Source: Candidatus Omnitrophota bacterium (GTDB lineage: Bacteria > Omnitrophota > Gorgyraeia > Gygaellales > Profunditerraquicolaceae). Taken from it: a DNA stretch of 64,000 bases. The stretch spans positions 154,584 to 218,583 of the forward strand of contig JAQURX010000001.1 in assembly GCA_028715415.1 (NCBI GenBank), in the 5' to 3' direction. Made by a program: the position numbers and the translations under genes. The notes under the pieces are model-generated. The model worked only from the letters and a program-made list of their open reading frames with translations, ran no database searches and was not told where the DNA came from. Each line of letters starts with the position of its first letter. The stretch's first letter is position 1. Shown here one piece after another: positions 57,189-64,000 of the stretch.

Positions 57189-59108
57189 TTAAAATTCTTT
57201 AATTCCTTTAAGTTTCTCTTGCACTTCAGTTTGTTTCGTATCCGGTTTAATTGAACTACCGGAAGTTTTTGGAGTTTGCAATGCTTCTAAGACGGCCTCT
57301 TCTTTCTTTGGCGACATCTTAATTTCTCCAACCTTTCTTTCAATAATATCCTCTTTAGTATCTTCTGCGACGATATCATAGGGAATCATTCTTTCAGGTT
57401 CGGTGCCTTGGAATAAATTCTCTCCGGAGATTAGATGTGGAGTAAGAAATACTATTAATTCTGTTCTCTTTTTTTGCTGGGCGTCAGAGCCAAAAGCAGC
57501 TCCAATAAGCGGTATTTTTGAAAACCACGGAAGTCCTACCCTATCTCTTCTGCTTTCATTTTTCATTAAGCCTGCAATCATAATCATGGTACCGTCTTTT
57601 ACTTTTACTACAGTTTCAGCTTCAGAAGTTTCTACGATTGGGATAGTGCTTTTTAGCGCAGTAGTAATTGTTTCCCTGACTGAACTGACTTCGGGTTTGA
57701 TTTTCATTGTAATATAGCCATCTTTATTAATCGTAGGAACAACGCTCAATTTAACACCGACGTCTATGAATTGGACGTTTTCTGAGGTGATTGTAGTAAC
57801 GTCAGATTGGCTTTGGGATTGTGAAATATAGGCTTCGCGGGAGCCAACCATAATTTTTGCCTCTTGGTTATTAATTGCAGCAATGCGGGGCCTGGAAAGT
57901 ATTTTTGTGGCTCCTATTGTATTAAGGAATTGCAGTGTGGTTGTGAATCTGTCTGCGGCAAGCGTTCCGAAAGTAAAGGTATAATTTGCAGCTGTTAATA
58001 ATGGCGAAGGTGTAAATGAAGGCGAAGCAGGAAGCGTACCTTTTAAGTCAATGCCGTGTATATTTTTATCTTGAATTAGTTTTTCCCAGCTGATTCCTCT
58101 TTGGTATTCATCTTTTAAGGTGATTTGCACGATTTCCGCTTCAATAAATACCTGTCGGGATTCTTCATCAATAGCCTTAACCATGCGCTTTAATTTCTTC
58201 ATTTTATCCGGCAGGTCACTAATGATAAGTTTTCCTGAGCGTTCATCAACAAAAACTTCACCCGGGCCGGTAGTTATTGCGCTTGCTATTTGAGTTTTTA
58301 TATCAGCGGGTTTTGCGTATTTAATATCAAATATTTCGGTTTGAGGAGATCGATCCAGGTCTTTGACAGTTTTCTCCATCTGATCTAATTTTTCTGGGAT
58401 ATCCAACATAATTATTGTGCCGGTTGCTTCGTCAACGATAATCTTACCAATGTCAGATTTAATTTGGCCAAGCGCATTAAATATGGTTGCCGGCTTTGCA
58501 AAATTCAATTTAAGGCTTCTGTATTTTCTTTTTTCATTGTATTTTTTTCCATATAGTCGTTCGTATTCGGAGGAAGTCATTATGTTTATTATTTCATTAT
58601 TTCTATCCGCGGCTAAATCTTGGCTTACTAAGACTACGTCAAGAGCGTCTTCAAAAGAAAGGTTATTTAAGAAGATGTTTACTCTCCCAGCGACACTCTT
58701 AGTTGGGACAATTGTGACTCCCATTTTTAAAGAAAGAATCCTAAAAAGCTCGTTGATATCAATCCCTTTTAAGTCAAGAGAGAGTCTTTCTTCTCCATCA
58801 ACTTTTACGCCTTTTGTAATTTCTTCTTCTGAAGCGACTTTGGTAGTACTAGAAGAAGAAATTGGCAGCAAAGCTGGATTTGTTGAAGGGTTATCAGTAG
58901 GATCCCTGGTGTCTTTTTGTTGTTCACTCGTTTGAGGAATTGGAGAGTTGTTGGGGAGAGGTGTATTTGCTGTAGGATTGCTTGGTTGCTGTGTACTGCC
59001 AGATTGAGCCTGTTGTGCATTATCCTGAGTAAAAGCATTTTTTAAAGAAATTAAGCCCAGTAATAAAATGAAAATTAATACAGTAGTTTTTTTATTAAAT
59101 AAGTTCAT
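57189..59108 (-). CDS. gspD: Secretin (GspD/PilQ family) with N-terminal Ser/Pro/Thr-rich linker and a ~90-aa C-terminal extension
   Basis: Signal peptide, N0/N1-like domains and the secretin core (LSRPRIAAINNQEAKI..., VVKVKDGTMIMIAGL, PLIGAAFGS). Confidence 0.85.
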   Translation of the reverse strand: MNLFNKKTTVLIFILLLGLISLKNAFTQDNAQQAQSGSTQQPSNPTANTPLPNNSPIPQTSEQQKDTRDPTDNPSTNPALLPISSSSTTKVASEEEITKGVKVDGEERLSLDLKGIDINELFRILSLKMGVTIVPTKSVAGRVNIFLNNLSFEDALDVVLVSQDLAADRNNEIINIMTSSEYERLYGKKYNEKRKYRSLKLNFAKPATIFNALGQIKSDIGKIIVDEATGTIIMLDIPEKLDQMEKTVKDLDRSPQTEIFDIKYAKPADIKTQIASAITTGPGEVFVDERSGKLIISDLPDKMKKLKRMVKAIDEESRQVFIEAEIVQITLKDEYQRGISWEKLIQDKNIHGIDLKGTLPASPSFTPSPLLTAANYTFTFGTLAADRFTTTLQFLNTIGATKILSRPRIAAINNQEAKIMVGSREAYISQSQSQSDVTTITSENVQFIDVGVKLSVVPTINKDGYITMKIKPEVSSVRETITTALKSTIPIVETSEAETVVKVKDGTMIMIAGLMKNESRRDRVGLPWFSKIPLIGAAFGSDAQQKKRTELIVFLTPHLISGENLFQGTEPERMIPYDIVAEDTKEDIIERKVGEIKMSPKKEEAVLEALQTPKTSGSSIKPDTKQTEVQEKLKGIKEF

Positions 59109-59112
59109 ATGT

Positions 59113-59760
59113 TTATCTTAACTCCCATTCTAACTGGTCTTTTCCTAAAATAACCTTTTCCTTAAGAATCTTTTTTATAAAAAGTTGCTTAAGCTGGTCT
59201 CCTGTGCTTAAAAGGTATGTTTTTTGGTCTTTAGAATCTTCAATCATTGCTTGAGGTTTATCTGACCAAAGAATTCCTACCAATTTAAGGCTACTTACTA
59301 TTTCTCCCATTTCAGGAGCAATTTTTGGAGGAGTGCCTACAGGAGCAGAAGGCGTATAAGTAAAAATGTTGTGTTTTTTTGCCAAGGCAATCGTGTCTGT
59401 TATGTTTGCTTCTTGTTTTTTAAGCATATCATCTTTTGTTTCGTAAATCGCTGCTTCTGCTTTTACTTGCTCAAGCCTCTTTTTTGAATTCGCCCCAAGC
59501 TTTATGAAATCCAGAATAAAGAATATTGTCAGGATACCGCAGAAAACAATAATTATCTTATTCGCAGTCCTTAAGTTAATAAATTGAGATAGGTTTTTGT
59601 TGCCTTGAAGCGTTTTTAATCCGGCAACAAAGTCTTTTAAGTTAAATTGTTTCTTTGCTCGTTCAGGTGGCACCTCCATGTTCTTTTCTGTCGATTGAGG
59701 ATTTTCAATTATTTTTAAAAGTTTTTCTTCGGGTGTTGAATTGTCTTTTTCTATTGGCAT
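59113..59760 (-). CDS. GspC/PilP-like inner-membrane secretin-associated protein (putative)
   Basis: Cytoplasmic N-terminus, one TM helix and a periplasmic beta-rich C-terminal domain. Immediately upstream of the secretin gene. Confidence 0.4.
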   Translation of the reverse strand: MPIEKDNSTPEEKLLKIIENPQSTEKNMEVPPERAKKQFNLKDFVAGLKTLQGNKNLSQFINLRTANKIIIVFCGILTIFFILDFIKLGANSKKRLEQVKAEAAIYETKDDMLKKQEANITDTIALAKKHNIFTYTPSAPVGTPPKIAPEMGEIVSSLKLVGILWSDKPQAMIEDSKDQKTYLLSTGDQLKQLFIKKILKEKVILGKDQLEWELR

Positions 59761-59763
59761 TTT

Positions 59764-60594
59764 TTAAGCGGTTACTTTAACTTCTTTTGAAATTAAATCC
59801 TGGATTATCCCTGCATCAACTACCGGCTTATTTTCCATGACAAGAGTTTTAAGCGCGTTGTGACAAAGCATTCCGATTCTGCGCGGGTAACCTTGGGTAT
59901 AAGAAAATATTTCTGAAATTGCCTCATCAGTAAACAAAGGAACTGGCTGAGTGTCCCCTGCTGCTTTAAGGCGAAACTCAATCATCTCTTTTGTTTCTTC
60001 TTCATCAAGTGGATTTAAAACATATTTAAGGCTTATGCGGTCCCAGAGATTTTTTATTGAGCGGATACTGGGAAGTAATTCCATTTGAGCAAGTAAAACT
60101 ACTTGGAGTAATTTGTATTCATTGGTTTCATAATTTAAAAGGACTCTCAGCGCTTCTAATGAAACGGTATTTAATTTCTGCGCTTCATCAATTAATAAGA
60201 CAACTGTCTTTTTTTCTTCAACGCCTTTTTGGAAAAGATATTTTTTGATTGCTTCCTTGTAATCAAGGATTGTGGGATTTGGTGAAAGGATGTCAATCTT
60301 GAAAGTCCTGATTAATGAATCAAGGAAAATTTGTTCAGTGTCAAATGTTGGATCAAGCACCATGTGAAAGATTATGTCTTCTCTTTCTTTTAACATTTGA
60401 AATACTTTTCTTGAAAGCGTAGTCTTGCCGGTTCCTACATCACCTAAGATAACATTAAGCCCGCGCTTTAAACGTATCTCAATCATGAGGCGCATCAATG
60501 CGGCTTTATGTTCTTTTGATTCATAAAAGAAATTTGGGTCCGGGCTTGTGGAGAAGGGTTCTTTATCTAATCCGAGTATTTTAAAGTAGCTCAT
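59764..60594 (-). CDS. gspA: ExeA/GspA-like AAA ATPase
   Basis: N-terminus FKILGLDKEPFSTSPDPNFFY. Walker A GDVGTGKTT. Walker B LLIDEAQ. Confidence 0.75.
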   Translation of the reverse strand: MSYFKILGLDKEPFSTSPDPNFFYESKEHKAALMRLMIEIRLKRGLNVILGDVGTGKTTLSRKVFQMLKEREDIIFHMVLDPTFDTEQIFLDSLIRTFKIDILSPNPTILDYKEAIKKYLFQKGVEEKKTVVLLIDEAQKLNTVSLEALRVLLNYETNEYKLLQVVLLAQMELLPSIRSIKNLWDRISLKYVLNPLDEEETKEMIEFRLKAAGDTQPVPLFTDEAISEIFSYTQGYPRRIGMLCHNALKTLVMENKPVVDAGIIQDLISKEVKVTA

Positions 60595-60790
60595 CTTTTG
60601 AAGAAGAAACCTTTATTTGGGTAAGATTTATTTTATGTCGCATTCTCTTTATTCGTAAAGTATTACGACACTTCTAAACTTGAATTAATTATAGTAAAAA
60701 GAATCACAATTAGCAAGAAGTTTTATTAATAATTTAATTTATATTATATTCTATTTGTCGTTTACTAAATTAGTCTCTTGTTCTATAGTT

Positions 60791-60990
60791 TTTGCTTCAG
60801 GCACTGAATATTTTTGCCGTGCGCTGCGATTTACCACGTCGCTTCGGCTTAGCGTTCTCTTGGGAGCCGTCCTTCGCTCCTCGTAAATTCTTGCGCACTA
60901 ATGTTAATAGCTGTGCCAAAAATCTTCTAATGTGCCTTCAGCAAAAACTATAAAACAAACACAGCTTTTAAGTGAGAAACAAGACAAGGC
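60791..60990 (+). repeat. Intergenic repeat element copy B (compact copy)
   Basis: Same ordered conserved blocks as 3247..3633, without the two insertions. Confidence 0.6.
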
Positions 60991-61053
60991 ATCAAGAGAA
61001 AAATTAACATTTTCTAATTAGATGCTAATAATATCGTAACCTATTGAAATTAT

Positions 61054-61521
61054 TTATCTTTTGCGCCTGAATATGGAGAGAATTAGGAAGATGACAAGGT
61101 AGCTTGCTATGCCAAGGACTAGAGCAATTACGACGTAACCTACTATTACAGGAAGGCCAATCTTTAATAGAGATATTTTAAACAAGTTTGCCCAGTGGAA
61201 GTCTTTTAAAAAGATAAACCACTCTTCTTTTATTTTGTGCCATTCAGTATTAAAAATAAATGAACCTACTTTTATTGCAGACAAAAAAGTTACGAAGCTT
61301 AGCCAGGTATTTGTAAGCAGGCTTCCAATTAATGCACTTGCCCTGTTTGCTTTTAATGCTAATGCTAAAAAAATTGCAGCAACAGGCCCTGTGCCTGGAA
61401 GGATTCCCGCGAAGATTCCAATTCCAAACCCAAGCGCTATTCTTTGAGGCGTATCATTAATTAAAAATAATTTTTCATAAACTTTTTTAAAGAAAACTTT
61501 TATTTTATTTTTTTCTGGCAT
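61054..61521 (-). CDS. DUF2062-like small membrane protein
   Basis: IALGFGIGIFAGILPGTGPVAAIFLALALKANRASALIGSLLTN matches the DUF2062 core. Confidence 0.45.
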   Translation of the reverse strand: MPEKNKIKVFFKKVYEKLFLINDTPQRIALGFGIGIFAGILPGTGPVAAIFLALALKANRASALIGSLLTNTWLSFVTFLSAIKVGSFIFNTEWHKIKEEWFIFLKDFHWANLFKISLLKIGLPVIVGYVVIALVLGIASYLVIFLILSIFRRKR

Positions 61522-61530
61522 CTTCTTCCT

Positions 61531-62499
61531 TTAAGGTTTTTTATTGTTAAGAGTTTTTGGTTTGATATTTACTCCGGCAAGACTTTCTAACCCATGGGAA
61601 TCTTGGGTCCAGCCATTATGTAAGCCGTATCTCTCCATTGAAATTTCAGCTTCTTTATATTCTTCTAAAGTTATCTTCCGGGAAATCTCCTTAAATTCAT
61701 TTGATTTGTAATAAGGCGTATATTGGCTCATGAGGCTTATGTAAGTTTCGGGAGAAATTTCACTTGCGATAAATTTCATAATATCTTCTGTCCCGGAAAT
61801 ATTATTAGGCAGGACTAAATGCCGGATAATTAATCCCCTCTCCATTATTCCATCTTGGTTAAATTTTGCAACACCTACTTGGTTGTGCATTTCTTTTATT
61901 GCTTCCTGATTATGCTTTGGATATTCTGGTGCGTTAGAATATTTAAGAGACATTTGAGGATCATGATAGCGCATGTCCGCAAGATAAATATCAATAATTC
62001 CATTAAGCGCTTTTATTGTTTTAACAGATTCATATCCGCTAGTGTTGTAAACAATCGGTAATTTTAGTCCCTTATCTATCGCAATTATGAGTGACTTTAG
62101 AATTTGTGGAAGAATATGTGTGGGGGTTACTAGATTAATGTTGTGGCAATTTAATTCTTGTAAATGGAGCATGATTTGCGCTAGGTCTTCAAAATTTGTT
62201 TCTTTTCCTTGTTCTGATTGGCTAAATTTATAATTTTGGCAATACACGCAATTCATATTGCATCCGGAAAAAAAGATTGTTCCTGAGCCATTTGTCCCTG
62301 AGATTGGCGGCTCTTCCCCGTGATGAGCCATAAAGCTGTATACTCTTGGGAAAATCCCGGTTTTACAAAATCCAGTTTCATTTTTTAAACGATTAACTTT
62401 ACATTTGCGCGGGCAGATACTGCAGGATTTTAATGAGTTAAAAAGCTTGTCAGTTATATTTTGCAATAAACCGTTATCAAACGCTGATTTGGCCAGCAT
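61531..62499 (-). CDS. Radical SAM protein (PflX/pyruvate-formate-lyase-activase-like family)
   Basis: CxxxCxxC cluster (CNMNCVYC) preceded by an N-terminal CSICPRKC motif typical of PflX-like enzymes. Confidence 0.65.
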   Translation of the reverse strand: MLAKSAFDNGLLQNITDKLFNSLKSCSICPRKCKVNRLKNETGFCKTGIFPRVYSFMAHHGEEPPISGTNGSGTIFFSGCNMNCVYCQNYKFSQSEQGKETNFEDLAQIMLHLQELNCHNINLVTPTHILPQILKSLIIAIDKGLKLPIVYNTSGYESVKTIKALNGIIDIYLADMRYHDPQMSLKYSNAPEYPKHNQEAIKEMHNQVGVAKFNQDGIMERGLIIRHLVLPNNISGTEDIMKFIASEISPETYISLMSQYTPYYKSNEFKEISRKITLEEYKEAEISMERYGLHNGWTQDSHGLESLAGVNIKPKTLNNKKP

Positions 62500-63001
62500 A
62501 AATTTCCCTTATTTGATTAAAGATATTAATGTATTCTTTTGTTCTGTAGTCTGCATAAGTCCATTTTAAAGGGATAAAAGAGCCATTCTTATAGGAGAGA
62601 GTTATTTCTGCAAAGATCCCCTTTGATAAGTAGATGCGGTGGGCATAATCTTTTGTGGTGGCTAAAACAAGCTTAGGCAGGTCAAGGTATCCGGGGTCAA
62701 TATTAATTAACCGTTTGTTTTTTTCAGAGAGTTTCTCTTCTATTGTATTAGTGTAGATTTTTATCTGAGGCAGCTCATTAGGAAGGATTAATTTTTTAAA
62801 ACTGACAAACTTTCTGTTTAGGGGTTTTCCGAATTCTTCTTCATAATAATTTGTATAGTTGAAAGGCAAGACTTTACTTTCAAAATCAATCCTGCCGAAT
62901 TTCTTCTCTAAGATCTTTTCAGCCTTTGTTAGCTGCGATAGGTCTTTAAAGATGAAACCGGATATTAATTTTACCGGCGTAATTTTTTTAATTTCACCCA
63001 T
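62477..63001 (-). CDS. Hypothetical protein (possibly DUF4416 family)
   Basis: No catalytic motifs. Overlaps the radical SAM gene start by 23 bp. Confidence 0.35.
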   Translation of the reverse strand: MGEIKKITPVKLISGFIFKDLSQLTKAEKILEKKFGRIDFESKVLPFNYTNYYEEEFGKPLNRKFVSFKKLILPNELPQIKIYTNTIEEKLSEKNKRLINIDPGYLDLPKLVLATTKDYAHRIYLSKGIFAEITLSYKNGSFIPLKWTYADYRTKEYINIFNQIREIYAGQISV

Positions 63002-63073
63002 ACGAAAAAACGGGGCCAGAATTATTTTTTATTTAGAATAATTCTGGCCCCATATCCTATGTTCTTCACACTG

Positions 63074-63436
63074 TTAATTACTTGGAATGAATTGATTGAT
63101 ATACTGCGAAATCTTCTTTTTTTGTGCTTCTTTTATTTCGTTAAAAAATATTGCTATGTTAAATCCGCCGGTTGAGTTATCCTCGGTTCTTACTAAAACA
63201 CCTTTGCATTCAACCGAATAGCTCTTACTGCCTTTACCAGTTGAGACTGGGAGCGTTAGTTTAATAGCCACTTTAGTAAATGGAGGAATATATTTATTAA
63301 TATGGCAATATGCGCCTACACAGCTGACATTTTGAGTGTCAGTTGTAAAATCATAGCCATTAACCGCTAGATTAATCGGCAAGCGGTGCGATAAACGAGG
63401 ATGTTCCCTTCGTTCTGATTTTCTTATCTTTGTCAT
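63074..63436 (-). CDS. PilZ-domain c-di-GMP-binding protein
   Basis: RxxxR (RREHPR) and (D/N)xSxxG (NVSCVG) motifs. The start is taken at internal Met MTKIRKSERR to avoid overlap with the upstream zinc-ribbon ORF. Confidence 0.55.
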   Translation of the reverse strand: MTKIRKSERREHPRLSHRLPINLAVNGYDFTTDTQNVSCVGAYCHINKYIPPFTKVAIKLTLPVSTGKGSKSYSVECKGVLVRTEDNSTGGFNIAIFFNEIKEAQKKKISQYINQFIPSN

Positions 63437-63438
63437 TT

Positions 63439-63624
63439 TTATTTCTTCTCTTCTTTTCCTTTTTTCAGGAAAGCGCTCCAGCATTTTTTGCTGCAGTAGT
63501 ATTTGCCGTTACGATAATATCTTTTTGTTTTTTTAATCGGTTTGTTGCAGCTTAAGCAATTAGTCTGCTTCTCTGCTTTTGGTTTTTCTTCTTGTGCTGG
63601 TGCGTTAGTTGGTGTTTCAGCCAT
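63439..63624 (-). CDS. Small Cys-rich zinc-ribbon protein
   Basis: CLSC...C..KC spacing. Lysine-rich. Confidence 0.35.
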   Translation of the reverse strand: MAETPTNAPAQEEKPKAEKQTNCLSCNKPIKKTKRYYRNGKYYCSKKCWSAFLKKGKEEKK

Positions 63625-63642
63625 TTCTTTGTTTTCCTTTCG

Positions 63643-63987
63643 TTAGATTTTGCCTAATTTTAGGTTTATGTATTCCGATAAATAATTCTTCTCAGCTGGG
63701 TCAATCTCAATAAATTCTATACCCAGCCTGTTTCTGTTTGAATGAGGCATAGGGGAAGAAAAAACTACACGACCCACAGGTCTTAATATTTTAGCAGCAA
63801 TTTCAATTTCTAACATTATCAGGTTTGAAGGAGCGATAAACAAATTGTTAATAAAACCAATTCCTCCAAGGCTGATATTGTCGCTTATGGCGTTATCAAA
63901 ATGTGTTGAACCGCGGATTTGATAGCGTAAAGGAGCGTGTAAACCAATCCTCTGGAACCGTCTTTTTTCCTCTTTTTGCTTCTCCAT
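63643..63987 (-). CDS. PilZ-domain c-di-GMP-binding protein
   Basis: RxxxR (RRFQR) and DNISLGG motifs. Confidence 0.6.
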   Translation of the reverse strand: MEKQKEEKRRFQRIGLHAPLRYQIRGSTHFDNAISDNISLGGIGFINNLFIAPSNLIMLEIEIAAKILRPVGRVVFSSPMPHSNRNRLGIEFIEIDPAEKNYLSEYINLKLGKI

Positions 63988-64000
63988 GCAACTATTATAT

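Overview
This is a low-GC (~37%) bacterial window in two halves. The left ~23 kb is all plus-strand housekeeping: the C-terminus of a PgpH-like 7TM-HD protein, then ybeY, recO, panE, PolX, ApbE, corA, panB, glyQS, ppdK, a sigma-70 factor, apt, tRNA-Arg(CCU), a GH57 enzyme and a ParA-CBM48 fusion. The plus-strand genes end at ~23.0 kb, where a Bacillus-type dif-like site lies; I read this as a candidate replication terminus. From 23.3 kb to the window end, 40+ genes all run on the minus strand. That block holds a near-complete type II secretion (T2SS)-like gene set (gspA, C-like, D, then E, F, L, M, I, J, K, G) split into two parts. Between the parts sit an atypical F-type ATPase operon and a 13.5-kb gene for a 4,513-aa secreted giant protein (Kelch-like beta-propellers, two LamG domains, about 16 Ig-like repeats, coiled-coil tail). 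Its operon is preceded by a sigma-70 promoter, a c-di-GMP-I (GEMM) riboswitch with an intrinsic terminator, and a membrane-anchored IS200/RAYT-like Y1 HuH-domain fusion protein. Two PilZ proteins and a lexA-dinB SOS cassette with a perfect palindrome are also in the block. Other features are a two-copy ~200-bp intergenic repeat, REP-like cacaagt/acttgtg palindromes, and a 16-nt tRNA 3'-end direct repeat. The architecture and giant gene fit an Omnitrophota-like uncultivated lineage, but that is inference only.
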